From Candidatus Aenigmatarchaeota archaeon (lineage in GTDB: Archaea > Aenigmatarchaeota > Aenigmatarchaeia > CG10238-14 > SCSR01), in contig JAVZHQ010000002.1 of NCBI GenBank assembly GCA_038998335.1, positions 74,689 through 138,688 on the forward strand: 64,000 nt of DNA, in the 5' to 3' direction. A program made the translations under genes and the position numbers. Under the pieces are notes generated by a model. That model made no database searches. It saw only the letters and a program-made list of their open reading frames with translations, and had not been told where the DNA came from. How positions within the stretch are numbered: the first letter of the stretch is position 1; every line of letters starts with the position of its first letter. Below, piece by piece: positions 9,773 through 19,152 of this stretch.

Positions 9773-11104
9773 GTGAGAAAAATGTTCGACAGTCTAGGAA
9801 AAAACCTTAGCAATTTGATAAGAAGAATAATAACAGGCGTTACTATAGACAAAAAAGCAGTAGAAGAAATTCTAGAAAATTTAAAAGTAATTCTTTTGCA
9901 AGCTGATGTCGATGCCAAGCTTGTAGAAGAGCTAACAGCAAAAATAAGGAAAAAGTGTTTAGAAGAGAAAATTCCTGCTGGTTTGACTCTCAGAGAACAT
10001 GTTTTGAAAGTAATTTATGAAGAACTGGTAAACCTGCTTGGAGGAAAACCTTCAGCCTTGATAGGAAAGAAAAAAATAATGGTAGTTGGTTTATTTGGCT
10101 CAGGAAAAACAACAAGCATAGTAAAAATTGCAAAATATTTTCAAAAACAAGGTTTAAAACCAGCCTTAGTTGCTTTAGATTATCATAGGCCTGCTGCTGT
10201 TGAACAACTTTTACAATTGGGAAAGCAAATCAATATCCCTGTCTACTTTGATGAAGGTAAAGACCCTTATAAATGCGCAAAAAATGCTTTAGAAAAATTC
10301 AAGAATTACGATACAATAATTTTTGATACAGCAGGAAGAGACGCTTTAGATAAAGAGCTAGCGGAAGAACTAAAAAAGCTGGGAGAAATAATTAAACCTG
10401 ATGAAGTTTTATTAACAATTCCTGCAGACATAGGAAAAATTGCTGGCCCTCAAGCTAGTGAATTTAACAAGCTGGTAGGAATTAGTGGAGTAATAGTAAC
10501 TAAAATGGATGGCACTGCAAAAGGAGGAGGAGCCTTAACTTCTTGTTTTGCAACAGGAGCAAAAGTTAAGTTTATTGGTATAGGAGAAAAAATAGAAGAT
10601 TTAGAAGTTTACAACCCAGAAAGGTTTGTTTCTAGATTGCTTGGCTTAGGCGACTTACAAACTCTTTTAGAAAAAGCAAAAGAAGCAGAAATAAAACCTG
10701 AAAAAGTTGAGAAAATAGTTGAAGGGAAGTTTACACTTCAAGACTTTTATGAGCAAATTCAAGCCATGCAAAAAATGGGGCCACTTTCAAAAGTTGTACA
10801 AATGATTCCAGGCTTGGGAATGCAACTTCCTGAAGAGCTTTTGGAAAAACAAGAAGAGAAATTAAAGAGTTATAAGTATATTATTGATAGCATGACAAAA
10901 GAAGAAAGAGAAAATCCTGAGATAATAAACTCAAGTAGAATTTCAAGGATTGCTAAAGGGAGCGGAAGACCTGAAGCTGAAGTTAGGGAATTGCTTAGTC
11001 AATATGAGAAAATGAAAAAACTACTGAAAACTTTTGGAGGAAAAGCTGGGCTTGAAAGAGGAAACTTAAAAAAGCTTGCAAAACAATTTGGATTTAGGTT
11101 TTAA
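9773..11104 (+). CDS. srp54: signal recognition particle protein SRP54
   Basis: GLFGSGKTT, DTAGR, TKMDGTAKGGG, M domain SRISRIAKGSG. Confidence 0.96.
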   Translation: MRKMFDSLGKNLSNLIRRIITGVTIDKKAVEEILENLKVILLQADVDAKLVEELTAKIRKKCLEEKIPAGLTLREHVLKVIYEELVNLLGGKPSALIGKKKIMVVGLFGSGKTTSIVKIAKYFQKQGLKPALVALDYHRPAAVEQLLQLGKQINIPVYFDEGKDPYKCAKNALEKFKNYDTIIFDTAGRDALDKELAEELKKLGEIIKPDEVLLTIPADIGKIAGPQASEFNKLVGISGVIVTKMDGTAKGGGALTSCFATGAKVKFIGIGEKIEDLEVYNPERFVSRLLGLGDLQTLLEKAKEAEIKPEKVEKIVEGKFTLQDFYEQIQAMQKMGPLSKVVQMIPGLGMQLPEELLEKQEEKLKSYKYIIDSMTKEERENPEIINSSRISRIAKGSGRPEAEVRELLSQYEKMKKLLKTFGGKAGLERGNLKKLAKQFGFRF

Positions 11105-11105
11105 A

Positions 11106-11960
11106 ATGGAAGGAAAGAAAGTAGTTTTGTTTTTTGCTGGAATTTTTCTTTTAACTCAGATTTTAGGGCTTTATATTGGTAATGAATACATTCAACTAAT
11201 AAAAGCTGGTGAAGCAGAACCTGCTTTTGAAAATCCAGAAAGCGTTGAAAATTCTATTCTTTTAATTTTTTACATGCTTCTGATGACAGGCTTGATAATA
11301 CTAATAATCAAATACAGAAAAACTCTTATAAGAGTTTTAGAAGCTGTAGCTGTGTTTTTCGCTTCTATGATAACTTTTGACTTTCTTTTTCCAGTTGTAA
11401 TACTTTTTGTTCCTGTATCTTTGATTCTTGCTTTTATTTTGACAGCTTGGAAAATTTTAAGGCCAAGTGTCTTAAACCAAAATCTAGCCATTATTTTCTC
11501 TATTGCTGGAGCTGGAGCAGTAATAGGTGCTTCGCTCGGAGTTCTCCCTGTTTTGGTTTTCATAGCTCTAATTGCAATTTATGATTTTATTTCTGTTTTT
11601 TTAACCAAACATATGGTTTATATAGCAAAAGAAATAACAAAAACTCCAACTGCTTTTACCGCTGCCTTTCCCTATAAATTTGAAAAACCAAAAAAAGTTG
11701 CTGTTAGAGGAAGAAAAATAACGAAAAAGTTTCATGTTTTTCAGCTTGGAGGTGGTGATATAGCCTTACCTTTAATCTTTTCTGTTTCTGTGCTCAGAAG
11801 CTTTGGTTTAATCCAAGCAATTTTCTCTATGATTGGGGCTTTAATCTTCCTTTCCATTCTTATTTATTACGTTACAAAAAAACCTGGCATGGCTTTACCA
11901 GGAATTCCATGGATAAGTTGTGGGATGCTTTCTTTCTTTATAATTTCCATGTTGATTTAA
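11106..11960 (+). CDS. presenilin-family intramembrane aspartyl protease
   Basis: multi-TM; YD, LGGGD and ALPG motifs; start at MEGKK within ORF 11076..11960. Confidence 0.85.
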   Translation: MEGKKVVLFFAGIFLLTQILGLYIGNEYIQLIKAGEAEPAFENPESVENSILLIFYMLLMTGLIILIIKYRKTLIRVLEAVAVFFASMITFDFLFPVVILFVPVSLILAFILTAWKILRPSVLNQNLAIIFSIAGAGAVIGASLGVLPVLVFIALIAIYDFISVFLTKHMVYIAKEITKTPTAFTAAFPYKFEKPKKVAVRGRKITKKFHVFQLGGGDIALPLIFSVSVLRSFGLIQAIFSMIGALIFLSILIYYVTKKPGMALPGIPWISCGMLSFFIISMLI

Positions 11961-12655
11961 ACTTTTCCTGCAAAAATTTGCTCTTTCGGAAAAACTACCA
12001 AACCATTCTTTGTTATTTGAATAGGATGTACTCCAGAATCATGATCTGTAGCTCTCATTTTTCTTACGCACAAGCCTCTAGTGTAAAACCCTGCCTCTTT
12101 TATGTAGTAAAGAATTATTATTCCATCAGCAACAAATTCTTCCACTCCTAAACCAGAAATTTTCCCTGAACCTTCCTCTATTTCTGAGACAAGAATTGTT
12201 GTACATCCCAAACGCTTAACAAGCCTTGTTAAATCTAAAATGCTTTTTCTTACTTGCAAGGCTTTTTCAAAGTACAAGCCTAGAATTGTTGACGGATCTA
12301 TAACAAGTCTTTTTGCTTTTAATTTTGTTACTTCAGTTTCTATCAAATCTCTTAACTTTTCAAAACTGTACATTTCTGCAGAAACGAAAGAAACCATTTT
12401 TTTCTCTATAAGTTCTTTAAAATTCCAGTTAAATTCTTCAACAGCATAGCTAATAAGCCTTTCAGGCTCTTCCTCAAGAGAAATATAAACTCCAGGCTCG
12501 TTATAAACATAAGCTCCATTATAGATAAATTGTAAGCAAAATATTGTTTTCCCAGCACCAGCAACACCAGAAAGAAGTATGGTAGAAGACTGGGGAAAAC
12601 CTCCACCTATCAAATCATCCAAACCAGGAATTCCTGTCTTTATTCTTTCTACCAT
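11957..12655 (-). CDS. KaiC/RAD55-like RecA-superfamily ATPase
   Basis: TGIPGLDDLIGGG, GVAGAGKT, SLEE, KMR. Confidence 0.9.
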   Translation of the reverse strand: MVERIKTGIPGLDDLIGGGFPQSSTILLSGVAGAGKTIFCLQFIYNGAYVYNEPGVYISLEEEPERLISYAVEEFNWNFKELIEKKMVSFVSAEMYSFEKLRDLIETEVTKLKAKRLVIDPSTILGLYFEKALQVRKSILDLTRLVKRLGCTTILVSEIEEGSGKISGLGVEEFVADGIIILYYIKEAGFYTRGLCVRKMRATDHDSGVHPIQITKNGLVVFPKEQIFAGKV

Positions 12656-12709
12656 AATAAAGAGTTGAATTTCTATTAAATTAAATTTTAAATTACATAA
12701 ACTTGATTT

Positions 12710-13312
12710 ATGAGAGAATTCATTTTAAGAGCTTCAAAAGCTGTAACTAGACCAGATTTTAATCTAAATGATTTACCGGGCTCAGCAGGAAGAATGGATT
12801 TAGTTTGTAGATGCATTTCTAGTGCTTTGTGGATATCTAACGATTTAAGAAGAGATACAAGAATTTCTGTGATTCTTGAAGGACCTCCAGCTCCACCAAA
12901 AATGTTAGTTTTTGAAGGAAGCTCTTTAAAGGGAGTTAACCCTGACGAAAGAAACATAGCCTCACATATAAGAAAAGCTTTAAAGCTAGGTGCTAACTTG
13001 AAACTTAACGAAGAATTAGAAATTTCGCCTGGGATAAAAGTTGCAAAGAAAAGTTTTGAAAGTTTGATAAGAGAAAAAATAGGAAAGATGCAAGTTCTAT
13101 ACTTACATCCAAAAGGAAAAGATATAAGGGAAATGGAAATAGAAGAAAACGTAGCTTTCATTTTAGGCGACCATATAGGAATTGCTAGAAAAACTGAAAA
13201 ACTAATGGAAAGACTTAACGTAGAAAAAGTTTCTTTAGGGAAAACGATTTATTTGGCAAGCCATGCTATAGTTATAGTAAATTATGAGTTAGACAAAAGA
13301 TGGTTAAAATGA
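12710..13312 (+). CDS. trmY: tRNA (pseudouridine54-N1)-methyltransferase
   Basis: DLPGSAGRMDLVCR, PDER, FILGDHIG SPOUT motifs; adjacent to pus10. Confidence 0.92.
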   Translation: MREFILRASKAVTRPDFNLNDLPGSAGRMDLVCRCISSALWISNDLRRDTRISVILEGPPAPPKMLVFEGSSLKGVNPDERNIASHIRKALKLGANLKLNEELEISPGIKVAKKSFESLIREKIGKMQVLYLHPKGKDIREMEIEENVAFILGDHIGIARKTEKLMERLNVEKVSLGKTIYLASHAIVIVNYELDKRWLK

Positions 13313-14589
13313 AGATAGAAGAAACTGCCTCAAAAATTTTGAAGAATTGGGTTTTATGCGACCATTGTCTAGGCAGACTATTTGCACAAATTTTAACTGG
13401 TCTTTCAAACGAGGAAAGAGGGAGAGTTATTAGATTGTTTATGGCTTTCTTGCTAGATTCAGGAGAAAAAATTGATTTAAACCCATCGAACTTTTATGGT
13501 ATAAAATTCAGGAACATAAAGTTAGAAACAAAACCAGAAAAATGCTTTATTTGTAAAAATATTTTTGAAAAGAAAGAAGAGCTAGCTAAAAAAATAAACG
13601 AGAAATTAAAAGGAATAGAGTTTGAAACGTTTGTTATAGGATCGAAAATTCCTGCAGAAATTGAAAAAGCAGAAGAAAAAGTTTGGGAGGAAACAGGAAT
13701 AGAGTTTGTTGAATCTATTAAATCAGAAATCAACAGAGAAATCGGTAAAGAAGTAGAAAAAATAACAAAAAAAAGGTTTGAGCCAAGAAATCCAGATGTT
13801 ACTATTCTTGTTGATGCAGAAAAAGGAAAAGTTAAAGTTGAAATAAGAAGTTTATACATTTTTGGAGGTTATAAAAAGCTTGTTAGAAATATTCCTCAAT
13901 CTAAATGGATTTGTAGTAGATGTAAAGGAAAAGGTTGCAGCTATTGCAAAGGAAAAGGAAAGTTATATCCAACTTCTGTTCAAGAGATAATAGAAAAACC
14001 TTTGCTTAAAACTACTAATGGAAAAAGAAGTTTTATGCATGCAACAGGTAGAGAAGACATTGACGCAAGATGCCTAGACTACAGGCCTTTTATAATAGAG
14101 ATTGAAAACCCAATAAAAAGGAAAATTGACTTAAAAAAAGTTGAAAAAGAAATTAACCAGTCAAAAAAAGTTAAGGTTAAAGGTTTAAGAATAACTGAAA
14201 AAGAATTTGTAAAAATTTTAAAGGCTGCAAGATTAGATAAAACTTACTTAGCTGAAGTTGAGTTTGAAAAAGCTATAGACAAAAACAAGTTGAAAGATTT
14301 AAAAGTCTTGAAAGAGCAACATATACTTCAAAAAACTCCTCTAAGAGTGTTGCACAGAAGAGCCGACAAGTTTAGGAAAAGAAAGGTGAAAAGTATCTCT
14401 TACAAGCTTTTGGGGAGGAAAAAGCTTCTTTTAAGAATTAAAGCTGAAGCTGGGCTCTATATAAAAGAATTGATAACTGGAGATGAAGGAAGAACTAAGC
14501 CAAGCGTACAGGAAATTTTAGGAAATAAAGTTAAAAAGATAAATTTAGATGTTATAAAAATACATGTAAAAAAACTAAAAGTTTGGTGA
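13300..14589 (+). CDS. pus10: tRNA pseudouridine(54/55) synthase Pus10
   Basis: CDHCLGR, GREDIDAR, TPLRVLHRRAD, GLYIKELITGD. Confidence 0.95.
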   Translation: MVKMKIEETASKILKNWVLCDHCLGRLFAQILTGLSNEERGRVIRLFMAFLLDSGEKIDLNPSNFYGIKFRNIKLETKPEKCFICKNIFEKKEELAKKINEKLKGIEFETFVIGSKIPAEIEKAEEKVWEETGIEFVESIKSEINREIGKEVEKITKKRFEPRNPDVTILVDAEKGKVKVEIRSLYIFGGYKKLVRNIPQSKWICSRCKGKGCSYCKGKGKLYPTSVQEIIEKPLLKTTNGKRSFMHATGREDIDARCLDYRPFIIEIENPIKRKIDLKKVEKEINQSKKVKVKGLRITEKEFVKILKAARLDKTYLAEVEFEKAIDKNKLKDLKVLKEQHILQKTPLRVLHRRADKFRKRKVKSISYKLLGRKKLLLRIKAEAGLYIKELITGDEGRTKPSVQEILGNKVKKINLDVIKIHVKKLKVW

Positions 14590-14593
14590 AGCT

Positions 14594-14878
14594 ATGGTCA
14601 AGAAATCAAGAGGAATAAGGGCAAAAACAAGAGAAAAATTGAGACAAAAACCAGGCTATAGGCCAGCGATAACAAAATTTTTGCAGGAATTTAAGGAAGG
14701 GCAAAAAGTTGCTATACTGCAAGAACCTTCTTCTCATTCAGGAATGCCGCACCCAAGGTTTAAAGGAAGGATAGGAAAAGTTATAGGGAAAAGAGGAAAA
14801 AGTTATATTGTTGAAATCACAGATGGAAATAAGGTTAAAAAGATAATATCAAGACCTGAACACTTAAAGGCGATATAA
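14594..14878 (+). CDS. rpl21e: 50S ribosomal protein L21e
   Basis: GMPHPRFKGRIG, RPEHL. Confidence 0.96.
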   Translation: MVKKSRGIRAKTREKLRQKPGYRPAITKFLQEFKEGQKVAILQEPSSHSGMPHPRFKGRIGKVIGKRGKSYIVEITDGNKVKKIISRPEHLKAI

Positions 14879-15205
14879 ATGAAAATAATAGCAGAAGAAA
14901 CAATAACTAATAGCGAAGCAAAAGAAATACTCGAAAATAGAGCGAAAGAAATCGAGCTTAAGTATGAACAAAAGAATGCTCTAGAAATTTTAAGGAAATT
15001 TGTCAAGCTTGATTCTGAAAAGGCAAAAAAGCTTGCTGAAGAACTTAAAAAAATTGAAAAATTAAGAGAAAAACAAATAGTTGAAATAATCAACTTTTTA
15101 CCGGAAGATAAAGATGAACTTAGAGTTGTACTTCATAAAGAATACAACAGCTTTACACCCGAAGAAATCGACATGATTTTAGAAACAGTTAAAAAATATA
15201 TCTAA
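14879..15205 (+). CDS. rpoF: RNA polymerase subunit Rpo4 (F)
   Basis: ELKYEQ..ALE, P..KDELR; conserved position after rpl21e. Confidence 0.9.
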   Translation: MKIIAEETITNSEAKEILENRAKEIELKYEQKNALEILRKFVKLDSEKAKKLAEELKKIEKLREKQIVEIINFLPEDKDELRVVLHKEYNSFTPEEIDMILETVKKYI

Positions 15206-15224
15206 ATCCTTTCTGGTGGTTTAA

Positions 15225-15773
15225 ATGATGAAAGATGAATACGCAATAGTTTTAGATTTTCTTCCTCATGGTAAGCCTGGAGATAGAAAAGCTGAACCTG
15301 TAGCTCAAGCTATAGGAGAAAAATTCTTCAACCTTTTAGAGTTAGCTATAAGAGAAAGCACAGAAGTTAAACCAAAGGAAAGAGTTTATATCGGCGAGGA
15401 TAAAAGGGATAAGGTAAAGTATATAAGAGGGAGAATAAGCTATAACGAGCTTACAAATTTTGCAAAAAGCGAACTAGAGGAAGTTTTGCTAGAACAAATA
15501 ACAAAAGATGAAAAAAGATTTGTTAATGTTTTCAACAAAGCTGGACCTATATCGACAAGAATGCACGCCTTAGAATTACTTCCTGGAATAGGTAAAAAGC
15601 ATCTTTGGGACATAATAAACGAAAGAAAGAAAAAGCCATTTGAAAGTTTTAAAGAATTGCAAGAAAGAATAGAAATGCTTCCTGACCCAAAGAAAATGGT
15701 CTTAAAAAGAATTTTAAATGAATTAGAAGGAAAGGATAGGCACAGGCTTTTTGTTGGTTTTTCATTTACTTAA
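15225..15773 (+). CDS. DUF655 putative RNA-binding protein
   Basis: VLDFLPHG, RMHALELLPGIGKK; conserved position after rpoF. Confidence 0.9.
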   Translation: MMKDEYAIVLDFLPHGKPGDRKAEPVAQAIGEKFFNLLELAIRESTEVKPKERVYIGEDKRDKVKYIRGRISYNELTNFAKSELEEVLLEQITKDEKRFVNVFNKAGPISTRMHALELLPGIGKKHLWDIINERKKKPFESFKELQERIEMLPDPKKMVLKRILNELEGKDRHRLFVGFSFT

Positions 15774-15988
15774 CTTTCTTCTCCTATTTCTTTCACTGCT
15801 ACTGCAACAGAAATCCAAAGTAATCCGCCAACTAAAAAGAGGACAAAAGCAATTAGCAAAGCCAAAGAAAAGCTTAAGTCACTAACTCCCAAACCTTTTT
15901 CCAAATGCCCAGCAATCATAGAAGCAAAAAGTATGCAGGCAGTACCTAAAACCCAAAAAGTTACTATTTTCCAATTCTTCTTTACCAT
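15770..15988 (-). CDS. small two-TM membrane protein
   Basis: 72-aa hydrophobic ORF. Confidence 0.6.
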   Translation of the reverse strand: MVKKNWKIVTFWVLGTACILFASMIAGHLEKGLGVSDLSFSLALLIAFVLFLVGGLLWISVAVAVKEIGEES

Positions 15989-16019
15989 TTTCTCTAAAAT
16001 TAGATAAGTTTTTTAAAGC

Positions 16020-16277
16020 TTATAAACTTCTTGTTATTCCTGTAACTTCAACTTCCCCTACTTCTTCAATTTCTTTCAGTTTTTTCTCTAGATTTTCTAC
16101 CTCTCCTCCTGCGTCTGGAACTATTTTAACAACATGAATAGCAACTAAACCAAAAGCAATAGGCTCGCGGGAAATTTTTTCTGGTTTTATCGCATTCTCT
16201 ATTTTTTCTTCTAACTTATCTAAGTCAACTTCAACAGTTTTTGGAAGAACCTTTAATCCAACTATTACTTCCCCCAT
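16020..16277 (-). CDS. ef1b: elongation factor 1-beta
   Basis: MGEVIVGLKVLP...EPIAFGL; start at ATG 16277. Confidence 0.93.
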   Translation of the reverse strand: MGEVIVGLKVLPKTVEVDLDKLEEKIENAIKPEKISREPIAFGLVAIHVVKIVPDAGGEVENLEKKLKEIEEVGEVEVTGITRSL

Positions 16278-16279
16278 CT

Positions 16280-16441
16280 TTACGGCCCCGTAAACCCACA
16301 TTTTGGGCAAGTATACTTATTGCTTAAAGCTTTACAAGTTGAGCATCTAACTATTAAAGCTTCCCCGCAACTTGGACATTCAAACTTAACGAAATTTTCT
16401 TTTGCTAAGATGTTAACCTTACAAGTTAAGCATTTAAACAT
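16280..16441 (-). CDS. zinc-ribbon protein (DUF1610/HVO_2753-like), absent from ORF track
   Basis: Hand translation MFKCLTCK...FECPSCG...RCSTCK...YTCPKCGFTGP; conserved position upstream of ef1b. Confidence 0.9.
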   Translation of the reverse strand: MFKCLTCKVNILAKENFVKFECPSCGEALIVRCSTCKALSNKYTCPKCGFTGP

Positions 16442-16480
16442 TATTTAAGCTTAGTATTAATAATTTTTATAGGTTACGCT

Positions 16481-16565
16481 GCCCCTGTAGTCTAGCCTGG
16501 ACAGGATAGAAGCTTGCGGTAAGAGTGAAAAGCTTCTGGCCCGGGTTCGAATCCCGGCAGGGGCA
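16481..16565 (+). tRNA. tRNA-Arg (GCG) with 11-nt intron at 37/38 (16520-16530)
   Basis: GCCCCTG/CAGGGGC acceptor, GAAGC-TTGCGG[intron]A-GCTTC, GGTTCGAATCC. Confidence 0.88.
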
Positions 16566-16594
16566 TTAAAAATTTAAAATACCAGTATTAAAAA

Positions 16595-16789
16595 TTGTTA
16601 GAGAAAATGCCAAATTTAATTCTTATAATCATCTTACTAATCCTAATTTTTCTTCTTTTCCTAAACTTAGACTGTATAATGGAGGGAATAAGCAGAGAAA
16701 ATAAGGCTTTTTGCTTTCATCAAGACTTTGGCTTAAGTAGAGTTGGTTTAAGAATTTCTTCAAGCCAAGGCTGTACTTGCTACCCTTAA
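16595..16789 (+). CDS. small signal-peptide/Cys-containing protein
   Basis: hydrophobic N-terminus, several Cys. Confidence 0.4.
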   Translation: MLEKMPNLILIIILLILIFLLFLNLDCIMEGISRENKAFCFHQDFGLSRVGLRISSSQGCTCYP

Positions 16790-17695
16790 TCATTTCAAAA
16801 TGATTTTCATAAAATCATGAGCAACTTTCGTGTTCTCAAAAATCTTTTTCGCATTTTCTTCTAAATCTTTTACATCAGTATACCTTCTACTTATGTGAGT
16901 TAAAATTAATTGCTTAACGTTAGCTTTTTTTGCTATTCTTGCTGCTTGCTTAACGTCAGCATGAGCTTTTCCACTTTCTTCTTCAAGAAAAGTTCCGTCA
17001 TGAATTAGCAAATCAGCGTCTTCAGAAATTTTTACAATATTGTCGCAAGGTTTGGTATCACCTGTATAAACAACCTTTAAACCTTTTTTCAAGTTAGCAA
17101 CTTCTTCAATTCTAATTTCCTTTCCCTTATACTCAGCTTTCCCATATTTTTTTAGTTTCTTAAGCCAATAACCCCTTTTCAACCCAAGCTCTTTAATTTT
17201 TTTCGAATCAATACTCCATCTATCCTTTTCCTTAAAAGCATAAGCTACAGAAGGAATAGAATGAAAAGCTGGAATAGAAAAAATTTGGTAATCTTCTGTT
17301 TCATCTATTAAAGTGACTTTATCGCCATGAAAAGGAACGTTTACAGCAACAACAGGAAACCTGCAACCAAAATAGCCTAAGCTTAAAATGTTTGTCACAA
17401 ACTTTTCAGCTTCTGGAGCAAAAATTTTTAACTCTTTTTTTCTTTTTTCCAAGCTCATGGTTTGAAGTAAAGGAATTAAACCAGCAAAATGGTCTGCATG
17501 CCAATGGGTTATGAAAATCTTGTCTATTTTCATAAAGCTAATTCCAGCAAGCATTAATTGCTTTTGAGTTCCTTCTCCACAATCAAAGAGCAAAGTTTCT
17601 TTTTTCTCGCTATAGTATTCTAAAGCTATTGCTGGATGACTCCTTTCTTTGCTCGGTATACCAGAAACTGTGCCCAAAAAAGTTATTACTATCAC
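16790..17695 (-). CDS. rnz: ribonuclease Z
   Basis: FLGT, DCGEGTQ, THWHADH, YTGDT, LTHISRRY. Confidence 0.95.
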   Translation of the reverse strand: MIVITFLGTVSGIPSKERSHPAIALEYYSEKKETLLFDCGEGTQKQLMLAGISFMKIDKIFITHWHADHFAGLIPLLQTMSLEKRKKELKIFAPEAEKFVTNILSLGYFGCRFPVVAVNVPFHGDKVTLIDETEDYQIFSIPAFHSIPSVAYAFKEKDRWSIDSKKIKELGLKRGYWLKKLKKYGKAEYKGKEIRIEEVANLKKGLKVVYTGDTKPCDNIVKISEDADLLIHDGTFLEEESGKAHADVKQAARIAKKANVKQLILTHISRRYTDVKDLEENAKKIFENTKVAHDFMKIILK

Positions 17696-17717
17696 AATCC
17701 TAATTATAGGAAAATCT

Positions 17718-19148
17718 TTATATTAGGCTTTCCTTTTCAAAGTATTTTCTCAAGAATATACCAAAATTTTCATCTTTTTTAACTAATTCCATTATTTTTT
17801 CATTCTCGTAAATTAGCTCAAAACCTTTTGCTAGCTGCTCTGCAATATGGTTTGGTATGCCTTTGGCTTTTAATACTTCCAGGCTTTTACTCAAGCTGTC
17901 AAGAATTTTCTCTCTTGCTGTCAAGAATTTTCTTCTAACTTCAACGCACCAAAAATTGTTTTCTATAAAAGGTCCGGTAATTGCTTGACCCTTATACTTT
18001 TCTAGAAATCTTTCAGAATCGTCTAAATCAAAAATTTTCGGCCCAACTCTTTTTTGAACTAAAGGCAGTTTAGAAATTTCCATCTCAAGCAAAACTATAG
18101 CTAAATCTTTCTCGTTAGTGTAAACATCTTTTCTTAAAACTTTAAACTCATACTTTACTTCTTCCAAAATGCTTTGAAGCCTGTCGGCAAACTTTCTTAG
18201 CTGAGGCCAAAGAATATCTGGAACAACTTTTGGCGGCAAAAACTTAACAAGTATTAGCTCAGTCCTTCTTTTCATCTGATAAACTATTAGCTCGTTTTCT
18301 GTTATTGGTTCAAGCTTCCTTTTAAAGAAAAGCTCCTCTCTTGGGTTTTCCAAAAATTCTTTTGCAAGTTTTTTAAACTTGAAGAAGTTCGTGGAAGATA
18401 AAGCAGCACAAGTATTCCTGTTTTTATCTGTTGGGTCAATAAGAATCAAGGCTTGATTTTTAAACATTTTTATAAGTTTTGGGTAATCTTTCTGCGAATA
18501 ATAATTTTTAACCTGAATTATTTCTCCCGGCTTCCAGTTAACAGCTTTTTTCATAAGGTTGAGAAAACTTTTATACTTTATTATAAGCAACTCGCAAACA
18601 TAACCAGAAAAACCTTCTGTTTTAGCGTCAGCCCCATAAATTTCGTTCGCTTCACAAAACTTCTTTAAAAGCCTTACTTCTTTTGCCATGTTTTTGGTTA
18701 AATTTTTTTCTATAAACCTAACATGAAAAGGAGTTCTGTCAACTGCAGACTTAATTTTTTCAGGACTTTCTACCTCATAGCAAGGAACTATGTCAACGCT
18801 TATTCCTTTGATTTTCCCAGAAACATAAGGATGTTGAGCATATTCTATGTTGTATTCACCTTTCATTCTTTCTATAACTTTCTTTCCAATTTCTAAGCCA
18901 AACCTTTCAAGCTCTTTTTCCTTCAAGCTAGGAGAAAAAAGAACAAAAATGTCAAATTCCATCTTTTCTGGAAGCCAAGTATCTCTTGTTATGCTTCCGG
19001 CAAGCATAGCTTTTGCATTGTACTTTTTTGCTTCATCATTCGCAACCTTGAGAACATGCCTAGCTAAAGATTTCAGTTTTCTTTCTTCCTCTTTTTTTGG
19101 CTTTATTTTTTCAAGTACTTCTTTCAGTACTTTAGTATACTTATCCAT
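17718..19148 (-). CDS. cca: class I CCA-adding enzyme
   Basis: GSITRDTWL...EFDIF, YAQHPY, SAVDRTPFH, GFSGYVCELL. Confidence 0.95.
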   Translation of the reverse strand: MDKYTKVLKEVLEKIKPKKEEERKLKSLARHVLKVANDEAKKYNAKAMLAGSITRDTWLPEKMEFDIFVLFSPSLKEKELERFGLEIGKKVIERMKGEYNIEYAQHPYVSGKIKGISVDIVPCYEVESPEKIKSAVDRTPFHVRFIEKNLTKNMAKEVRLLKKFCEANEIYGADAKTEGFSGYVCELLIIKYKSFLNLMKKAVNWKPGEIIQVKNYYSQKDYPKLIKMFKNQALILIDPTDKNRNTCAALSSTNFFKFKKLAKEFLENPREELFFKRKLEPITENELIVYQMKRRTELILVKFLPPKVVPDILWPQLRKFADRLQSILEEVKYEFKVLRKDVYTNEKDLAIVLLEMEISKLPLVQKRVGPKIFDLDDSERFLEKYKGQAITGPFIENNFWCVEVRRKFLTAREKILDSLSKSLEVLKAKGIPNHIAEQLAKGFELIYENEKIMELVKKDENFGIFLRKYFEKESLI

Positions 19149-19152
19149 TCTT

